64,000 bases of DNA, taken from NCBI GenBank assembly GCA_051294375.1, contig CM119264.1, positions 25,112,051-25,176,050 on the forward strand, in the 5' to 3' direction. The translations under genes and the position numbers were made by a program. Each line of letters begins with the position of its first letter. The first letter of the stretch is position 1. Source of the DNA: Paraspadella gotoi (taxonomy: Eukaryota; Animalia; Chaetognatha). Below are positions 1 through 13,050 of the stretch, piece by piece. A model generated the notes under the pieces. The model saw only the letters and a program-made list of their open reading frames with translations, did not search any database and had not been told where the DNA came from.

Positions 1-1910
1 AATTAAGTTTGAAATGAAGTTTAGACGCTAAATTTGAAAAAAATGCGAAAAAAAAAATCCTAAACGACGCATCACGACTTTTGTAATTTCAATTTATTGT
101 TCTGTCTTACTTTATTCCTCCAATCTTCTTTCGATGTGCTAAAGTCGTAAAAATAACTATACATCACTTCGTTCATTAGTCTGTAACTGTTTACGTTGAA
201 GTTCCTCTCGCCTCTCAACGATTTTATTGTAAATTATGGACTGATGTAGATCAATAAATGTCTGTTCGCATATGGTTAAAACTCAGTGGTTTTTTTTTAT
301 TTGAATTTTTCATACAGTTGTAGAAATTACGTCTCTTAGTAGGACTAGAAGCTAGTTAGTTAAATCGGGTTAGATTCGTGGAAGGATTTAGATTCGTGGA
401 AGGATTTAGACTATCGACCCTTTGATCCGCGGGAAACCAAACGATCACCAGAAAAAAAGTAAATCCCTCTTGGTTAGCAAAAGTTTTGAAGACCTTAAAA
501 CACCCAAACTGCGATTATGGTTTCTTTTCTATGGCCGCCATTTGCAAACCAAATTAGCAGCCTTCGGTGTCCTGCCCTCTGTTGGGAGAGAAGGGTGAGA
601 CGAAGACGACGACGACGACGACGACGACAACGACGAGGATTTGGCCAAGAATAAAGACAACAACAACAACAAACGAAACTTGAAAATGTGAAAATGTGAA
701 AAAAAAGAAAAAAAAAAGAAAAAAAAATTATGACAGTTCAGATTAAAGAAACGAGAGTGAAAGAAAGAAATAAAGAAAAATAAAGAAAAAAGAAAAAAAG
801 AAAAAAGAAAAAAAAGGTAAAGAAGAAAAAAAGAAAAAAAATAAAGACAAAAGAAAAAGAAAGCAAGAGTCAAAAAAGAGAAGAAAATAACTAATACATA
901 AACATGAGTCATCGTCGTTTTCGACGTCGTCATCGTCGTCGTTTTTCAGATCCTCGCCTCTAAGGACGACGACTTCGTTGTCATGGTAATTATCTGCATG
1001 TCCCTCCTCTCTCGAACTTGGCGGGGCGTCTTCGGCGGCTGCGGCGTCGGCGGCTGCGGCCCGACGGCAGCGGCAGCGGCAGCTGACGGGGCGTTGTAAC
1101 AAGNNNNNNNNNNCACTTTTTATAACTTCACCGTGACGGCGTCGGCGCTCTTTGATCCATTAGCCTTTGATTTGACCGCTAAATGTGTAGGAGGAAGACG
1201 AGGAAGAGGAGGGAAAGGTGGAGGAGGAAGAAGGAAGAGGAGCGGAAGGAGGAGGCAGAGAAAGATTGGAAAGAGAAAAGAAGGAGATTTAGAGATAAAA
1301 AAAAAAAAAAGAACTAAACCTAAAAAGGAAATAAAATATATAAAAAGAAAAATGAGAGAAAATCGAGAAAGAGAGGAGGAGTAGTCACGAGGTCAAGGAG
1401 GGCAGAGGCGGCCGGAGATAATGATGGGTGGGTCAAGAGGGAATGCGGATGAGGAGGAGGAGGAGGAGGAGGAAGATGAAATCAGAGAGAAATTTATGAA
1501 AAATATAAGAGGGGAAAAAAGAACAAGAAATAGAATGAAAAAAAATACGAACAAAGTTGGGAAGATGTGGAATTAGAAGAAAAAAAAATGAGCGATCTAA
1601 TAAAGTGAATGGTTCGTGAATAGTAAATTGTGGGAAAGGGAGATTAGGAAGATGAGTGGGAATTTGGCAAAAGTTTTTTCGGCAATCACAAATCAATTCA
1701 GGGAAATATTTGAATTTCTCAAAACGGTCTCAAACGAGGGGCGAAAACTTCCATTTTTTTACACAAGTTTACTTGTATAAAAAAGATAAATACATTTAAA
1801 ATATCAAATATATTTCTAGAAATATCAAAAACTCATATATCTGAAACGTGCCAAAGAATTTATTTTGAAAAAAAAAATTACTCTGGACTCCTCTCTCTCT
1901 CTCTCTCTCT

Positions 1911-1952
<42 letters not shown>

Positions 1953-4759
1953 CTCTCTCTGCTCTCGATCTCTCTCCGTGCTTTATTGGTTCAACGCGGC
2001 AAGAGTCGGACCGAAACAGCAAAAGGGTCGAGGGTCAAAAACCGACTCAACGGTTTAAGCGCGTTTAAAAAAAAGGAAAAGAAAAAAAAACGCATTATCG
2101 TCGGGAGGCGGATTACAAATTGGTTTCGAAAAAAGTAAAAGATGGAGAGATGGATTTTAGAGAGGAGGGGTTGGAAAATGTGAGGGGGAGTAAATCATGG
2201 CGCGTTTGTTAAAACAATCGGTGGTAACTTCTCAAAAAATTAGATTATTAATATCATCATTATTATTAGATTATTAAATTATGTTTCTCGTTTTAGTGTG
2301 AATTTACATATCTATGCTTAAAGAGTCTGGGTTAAATGTTATTTGACTACGCATGGTTAAGAAAATAATCAAACAAGAAATCTTTTTGTTGATAATTTCA
2401 AAGATTGTACGTCGCTGTTGGCTTAATAAAAAAAAATCTACTGTTGGGTGTTCTTCGGTTTAAGACATTTCCTTGTATTTCGAAAAAAGGTTTTCCTGTC
2501 TCTCAGTGCGAAGGTAAGGAAGAAAGAGCAAACGATAATTTCACTGCTTCGTATATTTCACAATCTTGATGACGTGAGGAAGAAAAGATGACGACGTACG
2601 ACGACGACGACGACGACGACGACCGACGACGACGGTCTCCTCGTGATGATCTCCAGGGAAAAGCGAATCTTCTTCGGTGAAAGGAGAAAAATTCGTCACA
2701 GGAAATAAACCACGAGTCGAGGCTCACAGATTCACAATAGGGCGTGAAGGGAGTGGGTGAAATGGATTTATGAGGGTGAGGATGTTAATACTGGAATGGG
2801 ATTGTGATGCATATGGGAAGGAAGATGGGTAGATTTGGAACAGAAATGTCAGATATACAAGATCTCATGCGGACCAGAAAGTGACAAAACGAGTATTTTA
2901 ATTTCAACCCAAAAACTACATATTCGCAAAAATATTTAGCTATCGGTTACCGCATAGCTTGTTGTTCACATTGGACACTGTGAAGACATTCGTTCGCCAG
3001 ATGATGACACTAAAGGGGATAAAGATGACCGGCGTGAATTGAAGGGTCAAGAACGACGCGAAGTGAGGAAGAAAGGTTCACGTGAAATTGGTCGTCTTGC
3101 TAACTTGACTTCGTTAATCATTGTTTCAGTATTTGCGCTGCAACTCTATAAGTCAATTTTACGTCCGTCTGTCGGTCAGTCGGTCCGTCGGTTTGTCTGT
3201 CCATCGGCCTGCTCAAAACTTACATATAGCATGTAGTTGGTTGCTCAATACTCATTTGTAAAGAAGGGAAAATCCTCAAATTTAAGTGACTACAAGCGCC
3301 GGCTTTAGGAAAACCTAAAACTATAAAAAAACAAAAGACGGAATTTCAATGCAGTGCGTGTCGTAAATACATAGGCTAAGAAAGTTATTGTAATCATGTC
3401 ATGAAACGAAAAAAAAGTGATAAGGCAGTTACTGCGGCGCAACACATTTTAATTACCGTTCTTGTTTTATTTATTCTTTTTGTAGTTTTTTTTACCTTTT
3501 TCTTATTCTTCTTTTCATTTCTTTTCTGTTCTTTCTCTTCTCTTCTCTTCTCTTCTCTTCTCTTCTCTTCTCTTCTCTTCCTTTCTCTTCTCTTCACTTC
3601 TCTTCTCTTTTTTTCTTATTTTTTCCTTTTCTTCATTCTCTCCATCTTTCTTATACTCGGCGAATGTGAGATTGTGACTTTTTAAAGATTCTCTTTTCAT
3701 GAATATCCCTTCCACCCCAGTTAACTTTACCGTCAAACACTCGCTCCCGCTCTCCTTCTCCACCCATCGTAGCGCCCTCTCTCACTGCGTTATCCACATG
3801 TGAGAGACCTCATTCTTGTTCCTCACAAAAACGATCTTGAATAATAAAAAGTCTATATTTTCAAAAATTAATTTGATTGTTATTATTTTTTGGTGACTGA
3901 TTTAAAGTGTTATTTTTTGCCATGATCTGTGACGAGGTTTGTGTCAGAACAATGTAAGTGTTATATTCAGCTTTCATGTTCAGCTCTCTTTAAGGGTATG
4001 CATCTATGTCTTATCCGATTCCTTTAACCAATGTTCCTATTCCTCTCCTAATTCCTATTCCTATTTCTTAACCCTTTTTTTCCTCAATCCTCATCTCCTT
4101 CTCCTCCTCCTTCTCTCTCTTCTTCTCCTTCTTCTCTTTCTATGTTCCCTTCTCTTTCTCTTTTTCTCTCTCCTCTCTCGTTTTCTCCTTCTCTCTCTCC
4201 TCTTTTTCTCCTTCTACTTTTGCAAATGCAATTTCCTTCTTTTTTCGATGCTGGCGTCAAAACTTTGCATAAGGCGACGTCGTCTGTCTCGTGTTATGCC
4301 GACATTTGGTCGTTGTCCGTCTCAGTCGTGCAACACTTGGTCGTCGTGGATGCGCCTCGTCAATTTGGACCGTCAGAATTTGTTCTGGTCAGACGTTAAA
4401 TTTTCTACCCTGTCTCTACTTCACGATATTTCCAACTCGTTATCAAATGGTCCGAAAATGTCGTTTTGCTAATGTTTAGACTTACTTATTATCGAACGTC
4501 GTCGTTGTCGTCATCGTTCAGTCGTCATTTCAGTTTCAATCCTCTCTTAGATTTTGCTCAAGGATTCTTATCATGACTTAACCAGAAACGAGAAGACGTT
4601 CTGTTTTGTTTTGTTTGTTTCGTTTGACCTCAAACGTCAAGGATTATTTTTTTGGTGTCGCCCGCGCATGTGTGGACGTGTGAAGGCTGTGATGTTGGAA
4701 GGCTTTCGGGCTGCCTGTCTTGTCTCCTGTCTCTCTTTCTCTCTCCTCTCGTCTTCTCT

Positions 4760-4812
<53 letters not shown>

Positions 4813-5529
4813 CTCCTCCTCTTCGATAAATAAGCTGTTGAAGATCAAATCCGCCGACTTGACCGAGGGTTTATATTCGTTGGCGTTCGTCGTCGTCCGT
4901 CGTCGTCGTCGTCAACACTGTTTTGCCGACTTTTTTTCAGTCGTCGTCGCATCGTCTTTCGTCGTCGTCGTCTTCAACGGACAGACCGTGCGACTTTCAG
5001 CGTCTGGGGAAATCTTTTTTTTTCTTTTTTCCTCCTCTCATCCTACCCCCATTTTTTGCTTCCTTTTTCCTTTCTTAGTTCACGAAATTCAGTCTTGTAT
5101 GCCCCATTCTATCCTATTTTGCTCCTTTCCTTCTCTCTCCATTAACCTCACCCATCTACCTTCCTATTCCTCGTCTTTTTTTTTCCTTCCTTTCCGTTTT
5201 CAAACTACCACCGCCAAACAGCACCATCTCCTAGCTTTTTTTCCCTTTTCCTTTCTACCTTCCTTTTTTTCCGCTCTTCGCCTTCTCCCCTTTTCAACCC
5301 CTTCTCCCTTCCCCTCCTCAATCCAGTAGTGCATTATGTGTGCATCGTCCTCGCGTCGTGCATACAATGTCACGATCGACCTGTCAACATGTCAAACGCG
5401 GCGCGCGAAGAGACAAATACCGCCGCGGTTCCATACCCGCCGCGCGAAACAGTACATTTCAGTAGAGAGAGAGAGAGAGAGCGAAAGAGAGAGGAGAGAG
5501 AGAAAGAGAGAGAGAGAAGAGAGATGGAG

Positions 5530-5572
<43 letters not shown>

Positions 5573-5580
5573 AGACCCGG

Positions 5581-6560
5581 ACGTCTGTGTCTGTCCCCAT
5601 CAGTATATCGCGTCTGTTCCATCGCCTGACGGAACATGACACACTGAACGCGATCACGGTTCCTAATTTTTTTACGGGTTAGAAGTCCTATGCCCCATAC
5701 TTCCAAACTCGTCAACCGTTGACAGGTCAATACCCGGGAAGGCAATGTTTACCTTCTGTCACTGCAAAGAGGAAGCGTCCTCCATAAAAATACTTTCGCG
5801 AATATGCGGGTTCCACAAAGCTTATTGCAACTGCTCACTATTGTTTAATGTCTATTCATATCAATTTGCATAAATAGAAAAACAACAACGGTATTCAGAA
5901 TAGTTTTGTATTTCTACTTCGAATGAAGGTTATGTGCAGAAATGAAAATTATAATAGCGTGACCATCGACCCGCAAATATAAAATTCGTTCGACCATCGG
6001 TTAGAAATTTTCTTTATTGTTATCGCCAAAAAGTACTGGATAATATGGGACGCAAAAGTTTAATCGAAGTAGACGAAAGCCATAAGGCTAAAATTTTAGC
6101 CACGAATAATACGCGAGTTAGAGAAAAAATTACTCGAAAAACGAAAACTGTAAAGACTAAGAAGACGAACTAGTCTCTATATACAAATATAAACGACTGC
6201 AATTACTTCGAAACGAATGGATAACGCAGCAGGACAGCAAAATATTAAAATTCAAACAGATGCAAAACGAAATCTATGACGTTAACAAAAAAAAATACTA
6301 AAAACGAATGGAAGCGCGGAAAGTAATAAAGAAATTCGGAGGCAACGGTAAATTGTTTATAAATGATTTCAAAAAAAGACAGAGACGACGGTCAGGGATG
6401 CTACAGCGAGTATGTTATTTGGAAACGATGTAAATTCACTAAAAAATATTTAACGTTACAGACAATTACAAGACCGCGAACCCGGACGAAAGACCTTCGA
6501 CGACGCTCCCAGCATTAACGTACAGAGAAAATTGTGAGAGTTTATTAAATCGAATGGAAT
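5581..6560 (+). pseudogene. Protein-primed DNA polymerase B remnant (polymerase half only)
   Basis: Across frameshifts: DVC-x-L-x-PSV at ~5580-5605 (motif A, DxxSLYP); 'GKAMFTFCHCKEE' resembles GKLMFPLCxxC; 'TIDP..IKF..PSVR..IAK...W' at ~5960-6050 resembles the lead-in to motif B; 'VIKKFGGNGK' resembles EFVSGGPK. Degenerate, matched by eye. Confidence 0.55.
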
Positions 6561-6589
6561 TAGGGTGACGAACTCTTACCGAGCTTCGC

Positions 6590-7250
6590 ATCCCCATTCG
6601 GTTTCAATATCGGCCATTGTCGGGGTGGCGATCGGGGTCGGGAAAAAGACGTTTTGTCTACAAATTTTTACGCAAACGCGGGTACAGCATGCTCACCTTG
6701 GTCCGCGACATAATTTACTATTTTTTACCATTGGCGACCAAGAGGTCTTCCACGAACCCCGCACAACAATATCAATTTCATATAAGGCTTCGACGAAGGA
6801 GTTTTAATTTCCGAGAGAACTCTTGAAGGACCAAAAAGGCGGGTGGTTGTGGCTGGACGATCAGATCGGCGTCATCGGGACCCGAAGCTTTCTGCAGAGA
6901 ATGATGACAAAATATCTGCATCATCAGAGGATTCACGCTTATTATTTTGCTACAACGATTGTGTTCTATCAGAAAACATTCCCAATTTTTACCATAGTCT
7001 CTCGAAACACACATATAAATATACTAGCTCCTAACAGAGGACAGGAATGGGGATAACCACGCTAGGCAGACAGTTTTGTTTCCGGATAAAATATTTCTTT
7101 TTTTATGGACAGGTTACGACGACGCAATGTAAGGATCTTACCAACATCTATTAATCGATTCTTCTCCGAGAGTTTCACCATTCTTGCCGGCCTCCGCGCG
7201 AGACATCCTCCAAGTCCCGAGTACGACGCACCCATCGTCTACGTAGGAGG
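6590..7250 (+). pseudogene. Polinton A32/FtsK-like DNA packaging ATPase, frameshifted
   Basis: Walker A-like 'SGWRSGSGK..FVYKFL...DIIYYF' (ORF 6617); Walker B-like 'WLWLDD'; 'HHQRIH...FYQK...IVSRNTHINILAPNR' resembling HHxNxS...QNLF...ISLNAHY...NPR; C-terminal 'LRAR...PIVY'. Confidence 0.8.
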
Positions 7251-7319
7251 GAGAAAATACGATAGAGAAAAAAAAAAAAGAGAAAATGAAATTAAAAGAA
7301 ATATTCCCATTTTATGAAT

Positions 7320-7600
7320 ACATTGCCCTCATTAACTACTAAGCACAAAAAATTTATCAAGAGGCAGACCCAAACGTTATTAAAACACGATTTGCGAAGA
7401 AATATTGTTAAATATAAGCAGAGGCAAACAGATTTTCAATAGACCCCGATCTCTACAGAAAACTGAAAAAGTATAAAGGACATAAAATTCCTTGTTCTCA
7501 GAAACCATAAGACGAAATCTTTTGAGAGCAGGTTCTGCAGAAGGTCGCGGCTTGAATATTAAATTCCGTCTCTCGCCCTCATTCCACGTCTCGTTAAATA
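7320..7600 (+). pseudogene. Small conserved Maverick protein (PW-like), degenerate
   Basis: Segments 'ADPNVIKT..ICEEILLNISRG' and a Lys/Arg-rich stretch resemble the small basic Polinton ORF usually found near the ATPase. Recalled from memory only. Confidence 0.35.
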
Positions 7601-8838
7601 TTTTTAAAAAACAATCATGAGTTCCTTCAAAAAAAATGTACATGTTGACGAGGAAACAATACAATAGATTTTAAAACGACGAAAAAGCGGGACGCTGCCG
7701 CCGGGAGCGCCGGAATTTATCATGCCAAAAAAAAAAAATATAACAAAAAATTCAATAGAAGATAAAATATGAAAAAACATGAAGAGCAAATCAGAACTGG
7801 AACTAAAATTGGGGATACGGCATAGACCACTCAATTCGTCGACCTCCTGATCGATACTGTACGGAACAGAGTGCTCCGGAGCCGGAGAGACCCGCCACCC
7901 CACCCAGGAAGCCAGAGAAGCGAAGTCGCGCGACAGCGAGCGCCCCGCCACCCGTTAACCCAAAACAAAGTAAGAGTCGCGAAAATAATATCGCAAACAT
8001 TAGCGCCTAGTATACGATATAAGGGGTTAAGGTTATTACGGCAGACTCCAGAATTTTCCCAATTTACTTATAAACCGATACAAAATAATAGGTGAACGGA
8101 AACGCCTACCAGGAGAAAACCAAAGAAGATCGTCGACGATCTCGTTAGAGCGAGAAAGAGCCTGGACTCACCCAGTAAAAAACGATTTGCGAGAACCATC
8201 AGTAGATAACAGGATCCTAAAACGAAAGATTTTAATTTAATAAAGAAGCGAAACAAATTTTAAAGGGGACCTTTGCGAGTGGGAAGAGCGGGAGGAATGC
8301 CAGCCAGCCCGAGACCATCGTCCCACCTGGACTCGCGCCCAGGAAAATCCAGATTTCCGCAGCTACCGTTTTTAAACGCCGGGCGGGCGCCAGACGAAGA
8401 TGAGCGATCTCACGACGAACCATTTAAAGAGTTGCGACCGGCTACAAACTGCCGAAGAGGGTCGTATTCGAAGAATCCTCGAGAAAAATGGAACACGGCG
8501 GAAAAGGAAAAAAGATCAGAAAAGAGGAAGGAAAGGAAAAAAGCCGCAAAGAAGGAAGCGGGGGAAAGAGAAAATTCAACGCCGGAGTCAGGACTCAGAA
8601 AAAATGGGAAAAATATTTTTATGAGAAAGTTCCAAAAATTATTAACGAAACCAAAAAAGAAGTGGGAGAAATTCCAACTGAAGACCCTTCAACGATCAGA
8701 TTGAAGAAAGAAAGGAGGGAAGTAACAATAAACAGGTTTGCGATTGGTTATTACATCACCCACATATTCGTTTACATAACCTAGGAGAATAAATTCGAAA
8801 GAACGAACTATGAAAGAAACTTAACGTGAACCGACACG

Positions 8839-9500
8839 TGGAACGCCGATCTCGTCTCTCTCATAGAAAATATCAATATTAATTCGGACATTACTTCATG
8901 CTTTGCTGCGTGATTCTTTTCTCGCCGCGCATGTGCGACCCATTCAAACCGCAAACGACGGTGAATATGAAGACGCTTTTCGACTCAATATTCGAAGAGA
9001 CAAAGGAGACGCCCAGAAACCTGACGAGCGACCAAGGAACCGAATTCCACGAGTCTGGAAAAATTATTTCAAAGAGAACATGAATTAACTTATTACAACA
9101 TCCAAAGTCCCGCTAAAACCGTTCATTCGTGCGAAAGATTCAATAAGAACCCTGGAGGGAGCGATCCCATAAATATTTCACGCCCGAAAGAAAACCCTCA
9201 GATGGTTCGACGTCTTACAACCGCTGGTGGAAGTTACACGCCACCCCCGACTCCAACCTATTTAATTATTGAGCCTCCCGACGGAGAATATATTTCTGCG
9301 CAGCCAACATTAAATGAAGTGCATCGTCAATACAAGAAGCGAGAGAAGACTGAAAAGAGGAGAAATACAAAAAAAAAACTCAGTTCGAGGTGGGGGATTT
9401 TTTTCGTCAGGGTAATCAAGGAAGGACGATCTGGGCAAATTTTACCTGGGCGGCTACTACCCGGCCTTCAGTCCATCGGTTCATAAAATAAGAGAGATTC
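8839..9500 (+). pseudogene. Retroviral-like (rve) DDE integrase of Polinton type, frameshifted
   Basis: 'WNADLV' at 8839 (cf. WQADL), 'DSF.', 'LFDSIFEETKETPRNLTSDQGTEF' (second catalytic Asp), 'RFN.RTL...KYFT', 'RWFDVLQPLVESY'. Confidence 0.85.
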
Positions 9501-9764
9501 GTTGTCCAGCGTCCTTCCAAGTAAAAAGGTGAAGATAAGATGCGATCTTAATTACGACAGGAATCAGTGTCTAAAAGGAGACGACTTTTGGAAGCAACGA
9601 GGGATTCACATACTATCTCAAAGGAAAGAGAGAGGTCGGCGAAAGACCTAAGAAATAATCGGCGGTAATTTGGCAAAGAAACGGAATATAACGTTAAAAT
9701 CGGTTTTGGACCGGAACCTTTCTTTGTGGCTCAACGAAAAAGGATTAGCCAAATTTAAATCAAA

Positions 9765-10790
9765 AACCATGGAGTTCCAGTGGAGGTGGAATATTCCGAA
9801 TAGTTGCACCGCCTTGTTCAGGATAATAAAGCATCGTCCTTCGTCAACCGCTCCCACAATCCCTATATACCTGGACGAAACACTAATGGGTCGCTTTTCA
9901 GAAATTTCCTTCGTCAAAGAAAATTCGAAACTTGGAAGCCATGAATTCGAAATTTTTGATTTTTTGTTCGGACAAAAAAAATGTCCCCGGTTTCTACGGC
10001 AAGGACGAATAGAGGCAGGAGAATCGAAAGCGGTTATTACGATCTTCGGAACAATTTAATATCGGCGCAAATCACGTTAATGGCAGCACGTCCCCTGATT
10101 GAAGGGTATCAAAATTTTCACTTTCGACCGATAAGTAAATTTGTTTTGGTTTCACTACAAAAAGGAATATTATTATTTTTTATTTAAGAATTCATCAATA
10201 AATTATGTCTTTACTGGGTCTTCATGCCACGGAAGAGAGCAAAAATCTTTTCAACCCTGTTAGGATCGCCAAAGAATAGGCCGACTCTTTCGAGTACGAA
10301 ACAGAGGACGGTAAATATTATCTAATAGAAAGGTTTCAAAGAAAAACAGAGTCATGTTGCCGAGAACGGCCTGCCAGGAAACGGATCCAATTTTTAATAC
10401 AAGAAGTCAGGTGCAACTGATCGAACGCATTCGCCGTCTATTGCTCAGTGTCCAATGGGACGTCATTCGGTGACAAGTTGACAACATTTAGGTGGTCCCC
10501 GCTTAAGGCAAGGCCCAACGAAAAGGTAACAAGTACTCTCAGTATCCTTCCCTTTCCCCACAATACATTCCCCCATGCAGATCGGGAACACTATCAAAGA
10601 GATAACCATTCAGATTATTTTGTACGGGAACCTCATAGATTTATGTACATCTTTTCGTCCAGAGTTAAATTTAATTATTCAAAAAAAAGAAATACCTGGG
10701 ATTGCACCAACGATGCCTCTCTTTAGCCCCCTACGCCCTCGCCAGGGAAGAAACCAGTTGGATCCGGGAATTACGTGTCAATCCCTCGAG
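9765..10790 (+). pseudogene. Polinton minor capsid (penton) protein, frameshifted
   Basis: 'PNSCTALFRI...PIYLDETLM...SEISF' resembles the FPxNTxxxF...LP..L.GEWEVALSEI N-terminus; also 'ESGYY' and 'FMYIFS'. Confidence 0.6.
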
Positions 10791-11429
10791 AATCCATAGG
10801 GCAAATTCGTATTACTCCTCGGGGGGCCTTGAGATCCTTACTTCCAGTGTAAGGAAGGCGAGAAGAACCTGGGCTGAAGAAGGATAGGGCGGGGGGTCAA
10901 TTTACCGGGAGCGTAGCCAAGAGGAAAAAAAATGAAAGAGAGTCTGACCAAGGATAAGACGCCCATAAATTAAAAAAAAAAAGAGCTAACGAAAGAAGGG
11001 AAGGAGTCTAAAACGAGAACGGGTGGGGGGTTATAACACGCACCCATTTTCGGTTCACCCGGCAGTAATAGATGAGTCCGAACCATTCGCGCGACCTCTG
11101 GAGCAGGCAAGAAAAAATCAAAAGTAAGTAGTAGATAAAGAGTAAAAAAGGGGTCTTGCGGTCTAGGAGTCGGGAAAGAGAAAACCAAAGTAAAAAAAAG
11201 GAAGAACCGAAAAGATTTTCGATTTTTGATTAAAGGAGGAAAATGGCGGCTTGCGCTGATGGAACATTCGGGCCACGACATGCGTGGACAGAGGGATTGA
11301 AGGGAACGTTTGTGACAAGAGCAATAGTGGAGTCATCCATAAACATAGCAGCGTCTACTTTTAGAGGGTTGAAGCCTCAAATTCCTCTCGACTCCAAGTT
11401 CTTCCCAAGATGCCTTCAAGCGAGGCCAT

Positions 11430-12590
11430 GAACGAAAATTTCTCCGATTTCGGAGATATCCTACATGAAACTCACATTAAAGAGATCACTAAGGCGATAA
11501 TACGCCTATCGGTTTCGTGCAGCGTTCGGCGGCCAACACTTCGGTCGGTTTCACGCAGATACCAACGGCCTCAATTTTTAAAAATTTGGATATTCGTTAA
11601 GGAGGGCAGTTACTTTAACCCGCAGATAATTGGGATAATTGGTCATGGGTACTTCGTGGTTGACCATTTAATGAACATGGATAAACAATGGTTGAGAAAC
11701 GAAAGGAAAATTTATTAGGTGTATTACGAGAGTAACCCCAGTACTAACCGAGCGGACACGGGCTTTTCCGGCTTAGGGAACGTCCTGGACTACAAAGCTT
11801 TCCCACCGTACCGTAGTACGTAGCCCCCATTCTCCCAGCTTCGCCCTTTCCTGCACGCGATGGAATGCTTTCCATGATGGTACGTGAGTATAGCCTACGA
11901 AAGACAGTCGACGCCTTCCCCAGTCGACTTTTCGGACATAGAGGACCGTAGCTTCAAATACGAAATCATCGGACATGTCCGTCATGCTTCAAACAGTTCG
12001 TGCGCGTAATCTCTGCCGACGTTATACCTTAAGATTGGAAGGTCGACATTGGCGAAAAAAAATCTTAGGTCGTTACGAATAAAGATATTGCCCGATGCCT
12101 TTCGAATGAACACAGCTTACCATCAGGGTAGAAGATCTTATTTCTCGACGACGTTTCGGCGGAAAACGAGGTCCCTCAAGTGCCATAGTCGGCATCGTCG
12201 ATCGCCCTCTGTGCTTCGGAAGTAGCTTCTTAAAGTCGCCGTACATTGTTCAACACGAATAACCAAAAAATTGTATAAATAATGGAATCAGATTTCTGGA
12301 AAAAAAAAGTTACCCCCCAGTCCGATGGTTTCGACCTTCGATTTCGGAATCGACGACGGGCGCCAGATTGGAAATCGAAGGTTTCTATCGTTATTTCAGC
12401 TGAAGTCATTTAATTCCAAAGGATTCCCTTATGCATAGACTACTGAAAGATACGCAGGGTACACGTTGATATGCGCACCACCTTCGATAGCGCCCCCAGC
12501 ACGTCGCCCCGACATTCACTGTTTACCCCAATCGCGCCGGCCAATACGCTGGAATTCGGCGCCGATCTCCCCCCACCAATAGTTAAACTT
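11430..12590 (+). pseudogene. Polinton major capsid (double jelly-roll) protein, frameshifted
   Basis: 'PSSAIVGIVDRPLCFGSSFLKSPYIVQH' at ~12170-12255 matches PxRIIxGxVDxxAFxGSxxKNPFxFxH; 'TLYLKI' at ~12020 resembles AxLYVRKV; position between minor capsid and protease fits. Confidence 0.65.
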
Positions 12591-12639
12591 TTGGTATAAA
12601 TTACTATTTTTTAATCGCGAAATCTTCATAAATCTCAGA

Positions 12640-13050
12640 GACGAGTTCTTGCTAATTATTAATCATATTCCTGTAATAAAAAATTTCAAGCGGATAAAGA
12701 AGTTCCAAGCGAAAAAAGTTCAAAGCAAGACAAGAAAAAAATTTCCCAAGCGAAAAAAAACCAGCGGACATTTTGTCTTTTTTATTTCCCATCGATCGCT
12801 GCGGCTGACGCTACGGACCTCATCTGGATACCCCGATCGGGGCTGATCAAGTAGCATTTTTTCCGATCACGTTGATTTCGCTTCTTTTTTTTCATCGGGA
12901 CTAAGCGTGGGAATCAAATACCGATATTATTAAACCAAATCGTTGCTAATTTACACACGCAAAAAGCAAAGGCATCCTCGGGCGACGGGCACTCGGAGTA
13001 GCCTATTTCGAGTTAAACGGGCCTAATTTACTTAGAAATCGTTGGATCGC
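12640..13050 (+). pseudogene. Probable adenain-like cysteine protease remnant
   Basis: 'LIINH....SGHFVFF.....SSGYP' resembles IINT...GxHW...FDSYGxP; expected position after the major capsid. Catalytic Cys motif not cleanly readable. Confidence 0.4.

Noticed and set aside
900-1102. GC-rich minus frame (CRCRCRRAAAADAAAAED...) next to a gap
   Set aside because: Could be a terminal exon, but it is low-complexity and truncated by Ns; no family recognised.
529-5320. Many ORFs rich in F/S/L or R/E/K
   Set aside because: Translations of (GA)n, (CT)n, (GAC)n and poly-purine tracts; no domains or splice-consistent structure.
11773-11985. Minus-strand ORF containing 'ATVLYVRKV', resembling a capsid motif
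   Set aside because: The stronger capsid motifs and all neighbouring genes are on the plus strand; treated as coincidence, though a small inversion is not excluded.
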